A stretch of 63,819 nucleotides of DNA, counting the filler, from a bacterium (GTDB lineage: Bacteria; JAJRZV01): the NCBI GenBank assembly GCA_024275095.1. It is 4 parts of 4 records of this genome, joined end to end, with 100 filler letters (N's around TTAATTAATTAA, not from the genome) between each part and the next. Parts side by side here need not be neighbours in the genome. Positions count along the whole stretch, not along the records: positions 1 to 25,178 come from JAJRZV010000045.1; 3 more parts are not named here. One strand, written 5' to 3'. Shown in pieces: positions 11,688-22,000 of this stretch (the stretch's first letter is position 1; each line of letters begins with the position of its first letter). The translations under genes were made by a program, and so were the position numbers. The notes under the pieces are model-generated. The model had not been told where the DNA came from and searched no databases. It saw nothing but the letters and a program-made list of their open reading frames with translations.

Positions 11688-12599
11688 ATGTCTGAAAATA
11701 TCAGATTTGACGGTCGCGTGGCTGTTGTAACAGGCGCTGGCGGCGGCCTGGGGAAAATATACGCTTTAATGCTGGCTGCTCGGGGAGCAAAGGTTGTGGT
11801 TAACGACCTGGGATGTGCACCGGATGGCTCAGGCGGTACCACAAATTTTGCAGACCAGGTGGTGGAAGAAATTAAATCAGCTGGTGGAGAAGCTGTTGCG
11901 GATTACAACGGTGTACATACAAAGGAAGGGGCCGAAGGTCTGATCAAAACCGCGCTCGATGCATTTGGTAAAGTTGACATTGTTATTAATAATGCAGGCA
12001 TCCTGCGCGACCGGTCATTCATGAAGATGACAGATGATGATTGGAAAGCCGTTATAGATGTACACCTTCATGGCACCTACAATGTTACAAAAGCTGTATG
12101 GCCCCATCTCCGAGAAAATCAGTATGGACGGGTAGTGTTTACTACATCTTCAGCAGGACTTTACGGGAACTTTGGCCAGGCCAACTACTCCGCAGCAAAA
12201 CTGGGGATTGTAGGCCTGATGAACACACTCAAGCTTGAAGGAGAAAAATACAATATCAAGGTCAACACCATTGCTCCATTTGCCGGTTCACGCCTCACGG
12301 CCACGGTACTGCCCCAGGATGTCCTTGAAAAACTTAAACCCGAATACGTAGCTCCAATAGTCATTTACATGTGCTGGGAGGGGTGCCAGGAAACAGGCCG
12401 AGTTTTTGTCGCTGGTGCCGGATATTTTTCGAGAGCTGCGATAGTGGAAGGGCCGGGCGTGTATTTCAATCTGAACGAGGAAATCACTCCTGAAAAAGTG
12501 GCAGAAAAGCTGAACGAGATTAAAACAGTGGAAGGTGCTGTAGAGTTCAACAATGCCACCGAGGCTACCATGAAAGCATTCAAGAATCTCGGGAGTTGA
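11688..12599 (+). CDS. SDR oxidoreductase, MFE-2/HSD17B4-type (R)-3-hydroxyacyl-CoA dehydrogenase
   Basis: TGAGGGLG, GAKVVVNDLG, NNAGILRD, GLYGNFGQANYSAAK. Confidence 0.85.
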   Translation: MSENIRFDGRVAVVTGAGGGLGKIYALMLAARGAKVVVNDLGCAPDGSGGTTNFADQVVEEIKSAGGEAVADYNGVHTKEGAEGLIKTALDAFGKVDIVINNAGILRDRSFMKMTDDDWKAVIDVHLHGTYNVTKAVWPHLRENQYGRVVFTTSSAGLYGNFGQANYSAAKLGIVGLMNTLKLEGEKYNIKVNTIAPFAGSRLTATVLPQDVLEKLKPEYVAPIVIYMCWEGCQETGRVFVAGAGYFSRAAIVEGPGVYFNLNEEITPEKVAEKLNEIKTVEGAVEFNNATEATMKAFKNLGS

Positions 12600-12608
12600 C
12601 AGCTTAAC

Positions 12609-12637
12609 TTGACACATCGCGTTGTTGCTATTAAAGT
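12609..12637 (+). promoter_or_regulatory. Putative sigma70 promoter of thiolase 1
   Basis: TTGACA-N17-TAAAGT ahead of SD AGGAGGTGA. Confidence 0.55.
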
Positions 12638-12675
12638 AGTCAAGCCGATTAATATAGTAAACAGGAGGTGATTGT

Positions 12676-13881
12676 ATGATTAACGGCGTAAAAGAATTGA
12701 AAGAAGCAGTCATTGTAGAGGCACTCAGGACCCCTATGGGGCGTTCCAAGAAGGGTTCTCTTGTCAATGTGAGGCCCGATGACATGGGTGCACTGGTGGT
12801 GTCAGAGGTGATCAAACGCACCGGTATCAACGCAGAGGAAATAGAGGACCTTCTTATTGGATGCGCCATGACGGAGGCTGAGCAGGGACTTAATGTGGCA
12901 CGTCAGATCGGATTTCTCGCGGGACTTCCCATAAAAGTCGGTGCTGCCACCATTAACAGGTTCTGTGGCTCCTCACTTCAAACAATCAACGACGCAGCAG
13001 CCATGATTGCAACAGGCGCCGGTGATGTTTACATTGCCGGTGGAATTGAGAGCATGACCATGATCCCTATGGGCGGCTTCCAGCCCATGAAGGCTTTTAA
13101 TCCTAAAATGATCGAAATCAACAAAGGCAAACCGCCTGCCTTTACCATGCCGCAGACCGCTCAATACGTGGCCGAGAAATACGACATTTCACGCGAAGCT
13201 CAGGACGAGTTTTCCTACAATAGCCACATGAAAGCCGCGAAAGCACTTGATGAAGGAAAATTCAAGGACGAAATGGTTCCCGTACCGTTTGAAAAGGACG
13301 GAGAAAAGGGTGTACTGGAACACGACGAGTGTATCAGGCGGGATACTTCCATCGAAAAACTGGCACAGCTTCAGCCCATTGTTCAGAGCTTTGACCCTAA
13401 CAAGCCTCCAATGATTACTGCTGGTAATTCATGTCCCACTAATGACGGCGCAGCTGCTGCACTGATCATGAGCGACAAGAAAGCCCAGGAACTGGGGCTC
13501 AAGCCCAAAGTTGTTATTCGTGCTTACGCAGTGGCAGGTGTTGAGGCGTACGAAATGGGGATTGGACCATCACAGGCGGTGCCAAAGGTTCTCAAGCGCG
13601 CGGGCCTGAGCCTCGACGATATGGACGTCATTGAAATCAACGAGGCCTTTGCTTCCGTGGTACTGGCAAACTGCAAGTTACTGGGACTGGATCCCAATGA
13701 CCCCCGTCTCAATCCCAACGGCGGCGCCATTGCACTCGGGCATCCTCTCGGTGCATCCGGAGCCCGGATCATGGCAACACTCGTACACGAACTTCTGCGT
13801 CGCAACGGCAAATACGGCCTCGCAACCATGTGCATCGGCGGAGGTCAGGGCATAGCGACCATCGTGGAAGCGATACGGTAA
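12676..13881 (+). CDS. Acetyl-CoA C-acyltransferase (canonical thiolase)
   Basis: INRFCGSS nucleophile Cys, EINEAF, GHPLGASG, MCIGGGQG. Confidence 0.95.
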   Translation: MINGVKELKEAVIVEALRTPMGRSKKGSLVNVRPDDMGALVVSEVIKRTGINAEEIEDLLIGCAMTEAEQGLNVARQIGFLAGLPIKVGAATINRFCGSSLQTINDAAAMIATGAGDVYIAGGIESMTMIPMGGFQPMKAFNPKMIEINKGKPPAFTMPQTAQYVAEKYDISREAQDEFSYNSHMKAAKALDEGKFKDEMVPVPFEKDGEKGVLEHDECIRRDTSIEKLAQLQPIVQSFDPNKPPMITAGNSCPTNDGAAAALIMSDKKAQELGLKPKVVIRAYAVAGVEAYEMGIGPSQAVPKVLKRAGLSLDDMDVIEINEAFASVVLANCKLLGLDPNDPRLNPNGGAIALGHPLGASGARIMATLVHELLRRNGKYGLATMCIGGGQGIATIVEAIR

Positions 13882-13970
13882 TAAAACGGTAATAAAAAGC
13901 ATTTTCAATAACAAAGCGGTAGCAGAAAAGGATAAACAGGGAAGTGTTGTATTCTTCTTGCGTATTTTGA

Positions 13971-13999
13971 TTGACAGGTCAATCAAGGCTTTTTACATT
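13971..13999 (+). promoter_or_regulatory. Putative sigma70 promoter of the HMGCS-like/DUF35 plus thiolase 2 pair
   Basis: TTGACA-N17-TACATT ahead of SD GGAGGTG and ATG at 14040. Confidence 0.6.
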
Positions 14000-14039
14000 C
14001 ATTTCTTGTATGCAAAAATTGCAGCGTGGAGGTGCAACC

Positions 14040-15467
14040 ATGGCCGGGATTAAATCAGTAGGAGTTCACATCCCTTATTATCGCTACCCGCGCTCCGACT
14101 GGGTAAAAGTGTGGGGACAGGAACAGCTGGCAGGAATTATGCTCGGTGAAAAAGCAGTGGCAAATTTCGATGAAGACCCAGTCACCATGGGGGTAACCGC
14201 AGCTCTTAAGGCATGCCAGGACAATCCAGCAGGTATTGAGGCACTGTACTTTGCATCCACCACCCCTCCGTACCTGGAAAAATCAAATGCTGCTCTCACG
14301 GCATGCGCGGTGGACCTGACAGAAGACGCACGCACGGCCGACTTTTCCGGTACGCTCAAAGCAGGCACCAGCGCTCTTATTACGGCATGGGACTGCGTCC
14401 GTGCTGGAAGCGTGAAAAATGCAATTGTGGTGGCCAGTGACATTCGCCTGAGCGAACCCAGGTTTTACATGGAAACCATGATGGGTGACTGTGCCGCTGC
14501 ATGCGTGGTAGGTGAGGATGACGTAATTGCGGAAATCAAGGATGCTGTATCACTTAATACTGAATTCACCGATGTATGGAAGCGCATTTCTGACAGGTTT
14601 CTCCGGTACGACGACGAGCGATATTCCAGCACTCACGGATACCTGAAATACGTGCCTCTTGTGCTCAAAAAGCTGTTCCAGAAAACGGGCCTGACACCTG
14701 AAAACATCAATCGAATCATCGCCTACGCGCCTGAAGGCGCAACTTACATGGCTATGGCCAAACGCTCGGGATTTCCTCAACTGTGGAACACAGACCCGCT
14801 TTTACTTCAGATAGGCAATGCAGGTGTTGCATCTCCTCTCATCCAGCTGGCCAACTACCTCACCGAAGCAAAACCTGGAGAAAAAATTATTCTTGTAGGT
14901 TATGGCAATGGAGCAGACGCGATACTCTTGGAAGTAACGGACAGGATCGAAAACTACCGGGATCGCATAGACATCAAGAAACAACTCGAAGCCAAATCAA
15001 CAGATGTCACCTATGCCAAAATTCTTTACTGGCGCAACTCTCTCAAGAAAAACGTTGACTCCCCCTGGGAATTCCAGCCCTTTACATCCATTGCGAGTAT
15101 CGACCGCCAGCGCAAATATATTTTCGCCCTTTACGGCCAGCGGTGCACAAAATGCAACACAACATACTATCCCCCCAAGAGGGTGTGCCCCTCCTGCGGA
15201 GAACGAGACAGCAGCGAAGATGTAAAGCTCTCCAAAAAAGGAACTGTTTATTCATTTGAAATCGATCATGTCTTCCCCAATGTAGAGGCACCCACATGCA
15301 TGACCATCGTGGACCTGGAAGGTGGGGGGCGGGTGCTCACGCAGATGACAGATTACAAGCCCGATGAAGTAAAGGTGGGACTGGAAGTTGAGCTTGTCTT
15401 TCGCAAGTATCACGAGGCCAAAGGTATTTATCACTACTTCTGGAAAGCTCGACCTAAAAGGTTTTGA
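14040..15467 (+). CDS. HMG-CoA synthase/KAS III-like domain (no catalytic Cys) fused to DUF35 zinc-ribbon/OB-fold
   Basis: GEKAVANFDEDPVTMG, YFASTT, GDCAAA, GYGNGADA; C-terminal CTKC..YYPPKRVCPSC and OB fold ending YFWKARP. Confidence 0.85.
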   Translation: MAGIKSVGVHIPYYRYPRSDWVKVWGQEQLAGIMLGEKAVANFDEDPVTMGVTAALKACQDNPAGIEALYFASTTPPYLEKSNAALTACAVDLTEDARTADFSGTLKAGTSALITAWDCVRAGSVKNAIVVASDIRLSEPRFYMETMMGDCAAACVVGEDDVIAEIKDAVSLNTEFTDVWKRISDRFLRYDDERYSSTHGYLKYVPLVLKKLFQKTGLTPENINRIIAYAPEGATYMAMAKRSGFPQLWNTDPLLLQIGNAGVASPLIQLANYLTEAKPGEKIILVGYGNGADAILLEVTDRIENYRDRIDIKKQLEAKSTDVTYAKILYWRNSLKKNVDSPWEFQPFTSIASIDRQRKYIFALYGQRCTKCNTTYYPPKRVCPSCGERDSSEDVKLSKKGTVYSFEIDHVFPNVEAPTCMTIVDLEGGGRVLTQMTDYKPDEVKVGLEVELVFRKYHEAKGIYHYFWKARPKRF

Positions 15468-15532
15468 GATACGATGGTAAAAAGACAGACATTTTCCAGA
15501 TAGCAAAAACATGAAGTAAAGGAGGGGTTAAA

Positions 15533-16714
15533 ATGAGCATCAAGGACAAAATCGCCGTAATCGGCATCGCACAGACAAAGTTTGGAGAAAACTTCGATAT
15601 GTCCTATGAAGATATGGCAGTGGAAGCAGCTTTCGGTGCCATGGAAGATGCAGGCGTGGGACCCGACGACATTCAGGCAGTTTGGCTCTCCACCTTTGAT
15701 CCGAGCATTACAGGCGGGATGGGACGTGCCGGGTCCACCATTGTGGATGTGCTTTCCCTGCGCGACAGACCTGTAAGTCGTGTGACTAACTACTGCTCTT
15801 CAGGTACTGACGCGTTCAGAAATGCCTGCTTTGCTGTTGCATCCGGAGAATACGACGTTGTACTGGTTCTCGGGTGTGAAAAAATGAGAGACGTGGGCTC
15901 GAGAGAATCTCTGGTAAAGGGAGCGGCTGAAGGTGGCCATCCCGTATGGGGTAAGGGCATGACCGCACCGGGAATGTTTGCCATGCGAGCCACCCGTTAC
16001 TTTCACAAGTACGGTATCGGACGTGAAACCTTGGCCAAGGTGGCTGTGAAAAACCATTACCACGGTTCCCTGAATCCCTACGCTCATTTCCGTAAAGAAA
16101 TTACAGTGGACAAGGTGCTCAAGGCACCCTTGATCGCATATCCCCTGGGTCTTTTCGACTGCACACCCACCACCGATGGTGCTGCGGCAGCAGTCATTAC
16201 AAGGGCAGAAAATGCAAAATCCTTCACAGATGAATATGTGCTTGTAAAAGGGCTCGGGCTGAGCGTAGGTGTGGGAGACCGTGTGTTTTTCGATCCCAAC
16301 GATCCTGTGCTGAACTTCCAGTCCACAAAGGAAGCGGCCAAACAAGCTTATGAGATGGCAGAAATTAAAGACCCCCGCAAAGAAATAGACCTGGCAGAAG
16401 TTCACGACTGCTTTACCATTACTGAAATCCTGAACTACGAAGACCTGGGATTCGCGGAAGAAGGAGAAGGCTGGAAACTCATCGAGGAAGGAAAAACTTA
16501 CAAGGACGGTGAAATTCCCGTTAATCCCAGCGGAGGACTGAAGTCCTTAGGGCATCCCATTGGTGCCACGGGCGTGAGAATGATCGTGGAAGTTGCGAAT
16601 CACCTGCTCGGTCGTGCCGGTGACCGGCAGGTAAAAGACGCAAAAATTGGCCTTGCTCATAACCTGGGTGGGCCCGGATCCGTGGCAACGGTGGTTATTC
16701 TGGGACAGCCATAA
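15533..16714 (+). CDS. SCP2/archaeal-type thiolase-family protein
   Basis: NYCSSG, EVHDCFT, VNPSGGLKSLGHPIGATG, AHNLGG. Confidence 0.92.
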   Translation: MSIKDKIAVIGIAQTKFGENFDMSYEDMAVEAAFGAMEDAGVGPDDIQAVWLSTFDPSITGGMGRAGSTIVDVLSLRDRPVSRVTNYCSSGTDAFRNACFAVASGEYDVVLVLGCEKMRDVGSRESLVKGAAEGGHPVWGKGMTAPGMFAMRATRYFHKYGIGRETLAKVAVKNHYHGSLNPYAHFRKEITVDKVLKAPLIAYPLGLFDCTPTTDGAAAAVITRAENAKSFTDEYVLVKGLGLSVGVGDRVFFDPNDPVLNFQSTKEAAKQAYEMAEIKDPRKEIDLAEVHDCFTITEILNYEDLGFAEEGEGWKLIEEGKTYKDGEIPVNPSGGLKSLGHPIGATGVRMIVEVANHLLGRAGDRQVKDAKIGLAHNLGGPGSVATVVILGQP

Positions 16715-16863
16715 GAGCCTGTAACAACTTTACGAATTTACTATCAGAGCCACACGTGGCATAGTGACTCTACAGGTTTGCTTTTACTCAGTATAAAAAT
16801 ATAGAAAAGGGGCAGATTTTCTTGTCATTCTTCTGAACACAATTTCTGGTACACTACCTTTTA

Positions 16864-18195
16864 ATGACGGAAAAAGTGGAAGTCATCATTATCGGTGCTG
16901 GATTTGCCGGGGTCGAGGCGGCGTGGTTTCTCGCATCACGAGGCGTCAGGGTACTGCTCTACGAAATGCGTCCCGTGAAAATGACCCCTGCGCACAAGAC
17001 CCTGTATTTTGCGGAACCGGTCTGCAGCAACTCTTTCAAATCTCTACGCATAGAAACTGCTGCAGGACTGCTCAAGGAAGAGATGAAAATGCTGGGTTCG
17101 ATTGTGCTTCAGGTGGCAAAAAAACACCAGGTACCCGCGGGGCAGGCACTGGCAGTTGAACGCGCAGCGTTTGCAAAAAATCTCACTGAAATAATTACAA
17201 CACACCCATTTGTTACTGTTATCCGTGAAGAAGTAAAACATATTCCTGAGGACCGCCCGGTTATACTGGCAGTGGGACCCCTTGCATCTGAAAATATTAC
17301 CAAAAGTCTGCAAAAATATATCGGTGAATTTCTCTACTTTTACGATGCCATCGCCCCTGTCGTCAGCGGAGAAAGCATTAACATGGCACACGCATTTAAA
17401 GGCGACCGCTACGATATGGGTGAAGGTTCGTACATTAATTGCCCTCTTACGGAAGAAGAATACAGACGTTTTTATGATGCGCTGATAAATGCAGAAAAAG
17501 TGAAACCTCGTCCCTTCGAAGAAGAAAAATTTTTTGAGGGCTGCCTTCCGGTAGAAGAAATGGCACGAAGAGGCTACCGGTCACTTTTGTTCGGTCCCAT
17601 GAAACCCGTGGGACTCACCGACCCAAATACGGGACAACAACCTTTTGCCGTGGTACAGCTGAGACCAGAAGACCGTCAGGGTCGCATGTACTCCATGGTT
17701 GGATTTCAAACACGCCTTAAATACGGAGAACAGGACCGCGTATTCCGAATGATCCCGGCACTGAAACACGCTGAATTTTTGAGATACGGAAGCATCCATC
17801 GTAATACCTACGTGTGCAGTCCGAAGGTGCTTGACGAATTCCTGCGCTTGCGCAAAATGCCACGGGTCTCTCTCGCCGGTCAAATCACGGGTGTGGAAGG
17901 ATACATGGAATCAGCTCTTTCCGGAATACTGTGTGCTTATTTCATCTGGAAACATCTGCGGGCAGAAACACCCCATCCCCCGCCGGTCGAAAGCATGACA
18001 GGGGCCCTGCACCATTATGTCACATCTGCCGATCCTTCATCCTTCAGCCCCATGAACGCGAATTTTGGACTCCTACCCGTCCCCGAAAACCTTAAACTCC
18101 GGGGAGACAACCGCAGGCGTTTCCTGGCTGCAAGAGCACTCGAGAGCCTGAAAGCGTGGATTCGGTCAGAACTGCAAAGCAATTCAATGGTATAA
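16864..18195 (+). CDS. trmFO: Folate/FAD-dependent tRNA (uracil-54) methyltransferase
   Basis: GAGFAGVEAA, VCSNS, YFYDAIAP, FEGCLPVE, GPMKPVGL, YGSIHRN, AGQITGVEGY. Confidence 0.96.
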   Translation: MTEKVEVIIIGAGFAGVEAAWFLASRGVRVLLYEMRPVKMTPAHKTLYFAEPVCSNSFKSLRIETAAGLLKEEMKMLGSIVLQVAKKHQVPAGQALAVERAAFAKNLTEIITTHPFVTVIREEVKHIPEDRPVILAVGPLASENITKSLQKYIGEFLYFYDAIAPVVSGESINMAHAFKGDRYDMGEGSYINCPLTEEEYRRFYDALINAEKVKPRPFEEEKFFEGCLPVEEMARRGYRSLLFGPMKPVGLTDPNTGQQPFAVVQLRPEDRQGRMYSMVGFQTRLKYGEQDRVFRMIPALKHAEFLRYGSIHRNTYVCSPKVLDEFLRLRKMPRVSLAGQITGVEGYMESALSGILCAYFIWKHLRAETPHPPPVESMTGALHHYVTSADPSSFSPMNANFGLLPVPENLKLRGDNRRRFLAARALESLKAWIRSELQSNSMV

Positions 18196-19097
18196 TGGAA
18201 CAGATGGACGAACTGGAAAAAACACTGGGTGGCTTCCTGGAACATCTCCAAAAAGAACGGGGGTACTCAAATCTTACAATCAGAGCTTATGCCAACGATG
18301 TAAAAGGATTGTTCAATTTCCTCAGGCAAAGAGGTATAACCTCTTTGAACGCCATCGATGAAGACTCAGCGGCTGAATTTCTCATGCACATTTCTCCCAG
18401 GTATGACCCCACCTCTGTAAATCGCAAGCTGTCCGCGCTGAGAACCTTTTTTAAATGGCTTGTGCGGGAAGGTAAAATCGCCGGAAATCCTTTTGCTCAT
18501 CTGCACAACCTGAAAGATCCTCTACCGCCCCCATCGTTTCTCACGACCACCGAAACCAGCGTGTTTATTCGAAACACGGAAACCAATCTGCGCACCCGTG
18601 CCATTGTAGAACTTCTCTACGGTAGCGGACTGCGTGTATCCGAGCTCGTAGCTCTGCACGTGGGTGACGTGAATTTTCACGCCGACTTCATCAGGGTCAC
18701 AGGTAAAGGACGAAAACAGCGGATTGTTCCCCTGGGTCGGTTGGCGAAGAAGGCTCTCAGTGATTATATTAAGTGGCGGGAGGAAAAAGGGGAAATCATC
18801 AACGCCGACTCCCCACTATTTGTAAACGAAAAGGGCACTCGCTTGAGCGACAGATACGTGAGGAAGCTGGTGAAATCGCTCGCACAACAAAGTGGAATTT
18901 CACACACTGTGACTCCACATACCTTACGTCACACATTTGCAACACATCTTCTCGAAAGAGGAGCGGATATCCGCAGCATTCAGGAAATGCTGGGACACTC
19001 AAGTCTCCAAACCACACAGCGTTACACGCACGTGGCAGTGGATATCCTCATGGAGGAATATAGAAAATGTCATCCGAGGGCGAGAAAACATGAATAA
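18195..19097 (+). CDS. xerC: Tyrosine recombinase XerC
   Basis: [32 protein letters not shown]; conserved trmFO-xerC-hslV-hslU order; TAATG overlap. Confidence 0.9.
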   Translation: MEQMDELEKTLGGFLEHLQKERGYSNLTIRAYANDVKGLFNFLRQRGITSLNAIDEDSAAEFLMHISPRYDPTSVNRKLSALRTFFKWLVREGKIAGNPFAHLHNLKDPLPPPSFLTTTETSVFIRNTETNLRTRAIVELLYGSGLRVSELVALHVGDVNFHADFIRVTGKGRKQRIVPLGRLAKKALSDYIKWREEKGEIINADSPLFVNEKGTRLSDRYVRKLVKSLAQQSGISHTVTPHTLRHTFATHLLERGADIRSIQEMLGHSSLQTTQRYTHVAVDILMEEYRKCHPRARKHE

Positions 19098-19638
19098 AGT
19101 AAAAGGAACCACCATTATTGCTCTGAAACATTCAGGCGGTACCGTCATGGCCGGCGATGGTCAGGTCACCCTGGAACACATCACACTCAAAAGCACAGCC
19201 AAAAAAGTCCGCAGACTCTACCACGACAAGGTACTGGCCGGGTTCGCCGGGGCAACCGCAGATGCCTTCACACTATTCGAACGCTTTGAGAGCAAGCTCG
19301 AAGCCTTCGGGGGCAATTTGCTCCGTGCAGCTGTAGAACTGGCCAAGGAATGGCGCACAGACAAAATCTTACGGCGTCTGGAAGCACTCCTTGTTGTCAC
19401 GGATGGGGAAAAACTTCTGCTTCTCACAGGTGGAGGCGATGTCATAGAACCTGATGACGACGTAGTCGCCATTGGTTCAGGAGGACCATACGCTCTTGCA
19501 GCAGCGCGTGCACTTATAAGACACACGCAGCTTTCTCCTAAAGAAATTGTGGAAGAAGCCATGCGCATTGCTGCAGAGCTATGCATATACACCAACGAAA
19601 ACATTATCGTGGAGGAGATAACCCGTGAAAGCACCTGA
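19090..19638 (+). CDS. hslV: ATP-dependent protease peptidase subunit HslV
   Basis: GTTI N-terminal Thr, [25 protein letters not shown]. Confidence 0.97.
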   Translation: MNKVKGTTIIALKHSGGTVMAGDGQVTLEHITLKSTAKKVRRLYHDKVLAGFAGATADAFTLFERFESKLEAFGGNLLRAAVELAKEWRTDKILRRLEALLVVTDGEKLLLLTGGGDVIEPDDDVVAIGSGGPYALAAARALIRHTQLSPKEIVEEAMRIAAELCIYTNENIIVEEITREST

Positions 19639-21004
19639 AGACTTACAGCTCCGAATGGAATACCTGACACCCAGGGAGATTGTCGCCGAACTGGATAAAT
19701 ACGTTATTGGTCAGAAAAAAGCCAAAAAAGCGGTGGCCATTGCACTGCGCAACCGATGGAGGCGCATACGCGTGCCACAGGAGCTGAAAGATGAAATCGC
19801 TCCCAAGAACATCATCATGATCGGCCCCACAGGAGTCGGAAAAACCGAAATCGCCCGGAGGCTTGCGCGGCTGGCCGAAGCACCATTTGTAAAAGTGGAG
19901 GCAACCAAATTCACCGAAGTCGGTTATGTGGGCAAAGACGTGGAATCTATCATTCGTGAACTCACGGAAATCGCCGTCAATATGGTTAAGGAAGATGAAA
20001 AGAAGCGCATTCAGGAAAAAGCACGAAAACTTGCAGAACAACGCGTGGCTGACCTGATCATTCAACGCGAGCGCCGCATCTCACGCAACGAGATGAAGCC
20101 GGGCGCACCTCCCCCTGACTACAAGGCCCAACGCCGCCAGATTATCGAAAAGATCCGTGCGGGAGAGTACGATGATTTTGTACTGGAGGTTGAATCACAG
20201 CAAAGATTTATGCCGGTGGTGGAGGTATTTGCAGCCAACACTCCTGAAAATCTGGAGCTTAACCTTCGTGAACTCATGGAAAATCTTATTCCTGGCAAAC
20301 AACGAAAGCGTCACATGACGGTTCAGGAAGCACTGCGAATCATGGAAGAGGAAGAATCTCAAAAACTTATCGACATGGAAAGCGTTGCGAGAAGAGCCAT
20401 CGAGAAGGTGGAAAATTCAGGGATAGTGTTCATTGATGAAATAGATAAAGTCGCTGTTAAAAGCGGCAGTCATCACGGTCCCGATGTCTCACGCGAGGGC
20501 GTACAGCGTGACCTTCTGCCTATCGTGGAAGGCACTTCGGTCATGACAAAATATGGGATGGTAAGAACCGACCATATACTCTTTATTGCCGCCGGTGCAT
20601 TCCACATGTCCCGACCTTCGGATTTGTTACCCGAACTCCAGGGTCGCTTTCCCATCCGGGTTGAACTTGACCCTCTGACAGAAGATGATTTCGTACGAAT
20701 ACTTACGGAACCCAGTAATGCCCTGATCAAACAGTATACCGAACTCCTGCGTACTGAGGGAGTAGAACTGAAATTCACAGAAGAAGCCATTCGGGAAATT
20801 GCCCATATTTCCTCCCTTGTAAATGAACGTACCGAAAACATAGGGGCCAGACGCCTGCACACCGTAATGGAAAAGGTTCTTGAAGAAGTGTCATTTGAAG
20901 CACCTGAACTCAAAGGACGCGAAATTCTCATTGATGGTGAATATGTGAGGCAAAGGCTTAAAGATATCATTGTTGACGAAGATCTAAGCCGTTATATACT
21001 TTAA
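19625..21004 (+). CDS. hslU: ATP-dependent protease ATPase subunit HslU
   Basis: [36 protein letters not shown]-terminal DLSRYIL. Confidence 0.98.
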   Translation: MKAPEDLQLRMEYLTPREIVAELDKYVIGQKKAKKAVAIALRNRWRRIRVPQELKDEIAPKNIIMIGPTGVGKTEIARRLARLAEAPFVKVEATKFTEVGYVGKDVESIIRELTEIAVNMVKEDEKKRIQEKARKLAEQRVADLIIQRERRISRNEMKPGAPPPDYKAQRRQIIEKIRAGEYDDFVLEVESQQRFMPVVEVFAANTPENLELNLRELMENLIPGKQRKRHMTVQEALRIMEEEESQKLIDMESVARRAIEKVENSGIVFIDEIDKVAVKSGSHHGPDVSREGVQRDLLPIVEGTSVMTKYGMVRTDHILFIAAGAFHMSRPSDLLPELQGRFPIRVELDPLTEDDFVRILTEPSNALIKQYTELLRTEGVELKFTEEAIREIAHISSLVNERTENIGARRLHTVMEKVLEEVSFEAPELKGREILIDGEYVRQRLKDIIVDEDLSRYIL

Positions 21005-21010
21005 GTCTTA

Positions 21011-22000
21011 ATGCTTCTTGCGATCGAAACTTCCTGTGACGAAACAGCTGCAGCGGTATTCACGAATAATGGTAAATTACTTTCTGACATTGTGATGTCT
21101 CAGGATCATCTGCATGCTCGCTATGGAGGAATCGTACCTGAAGTGGCATCACGACGCCACATTGAAGTACTCCCCGCGGTGGTAAAAGAAGCTCTGCATA
21201 AGGCCCGGGCAGACATGTCGGCCGTTGAGGCCATCGCCGTCACAGTGGAACCTGGACTCATGGGGGCCCTGCTCGTTGGAACCTCATTTGCCTCTGGGAT
21301 GGCACGGGTAACGGGTGCGCGTCTCATCCCGGTCAACCATCTGGAAGGGCACCTTCACGCTCCATTTGTAGGAAGCGAGCCTCTTTATCCGTTCGTTGGG
21401 CTCGTCGTTTCAGGTGGCCATACAAGCCTTTACCTGGTCAGGGATACAGGCGAGTACACTCTCTTAGGTTCTACTCGGGACGATGCAGCTGGTGAAGCAT
21501 TTGATAAAGTAGGACGGATACTTGGAATTTCCTATCCAGCAGGACCACGCATTGACCGCATAGCAAAGGAAGGACGCCATGATGCTCTTTCTTTCCCTCG
21601 ACCCATGCTGAACGAAGACTCCTTTGACTTCAGCTTCAGCGGGCTTAAAACTGCCGTGCTTTACGCAGTCAAAAACGGGGCGTTAAGCACACATTCCCTT
21701 GCTGATATTGCAGCCTCATTTCAGGAAGCTGTCGTGGATGTACTGGTACAGAAAACACTCAAAGCCTCAGAACAAACCGGGGTTGACAGAATCGTCATCT
21801 CCGGCGGAGTCGCCGCCAACAGCCGCCTTCGCGAAAAAATACAACAAGAGGCGACCTCAAGAGGAATAGAAATTGTTATTCCTCCCCTGCGTTTGTGTAC
21901 TGACAATGCTGCTATGATCGGATACACGGCCATTCTCAGACTTCGTACCGGTCGTATTCCCTCTGAATTCAGCGTATCCCCGAGGAGCACATTTCTTTGA
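21011..22000 (+). CDS. tsaD: tRNA N6-adenosine threonylcarbamoyltransferase
   Basis: IETSCDET, HLEGH, VSGGHT, DDAAGEAFDK, FSFSGLKT, CTDNAAMI. Confidence 0.97.
   Translation: MLLAIETSCDETAAAVFTNNGKLLSDIVMSQDHLHARYGGIVPEVASRRHIEVLPAVVKEALHKARADMSAVEAIAVTVEPGLMGALLVGTSFASGMARVTGARLIPVNHLEGHLHAPFVGSEPLYPFVGLVVSGGHTSLYLVRDTGEYTLLGSTRDDAAGEAFDKVGRILGISYPAGPRIDRIAKEGRHDALSFPRPMLNEDSFDFSFSGLKTAVLYAVKNGALSTHSLADIAASFQEAVVDVLVQKTLKASEQTGVDRIVISGGVAANSRLREKIQQEATSRGIEIVIPPLRLCTDNAAMIGYTAILRLRTGRIPSEFSVSPRSTFL

Noticed and set aside
11571-16731. GAGCCTGT words flanking the lipid cluster as insertion-sequence ends
   Set aside because: Only 8 bp match, they face outward, the word also occurs inside suhB, miaB, PHP and rplY, and there is no transposase.
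18195-19097. Tyrosine recombinase as a prophage or island integrase
   Set aside because: It lies in the conserved trmFO-xerC-hslV-hslU operon with no att sites or cargo genes.
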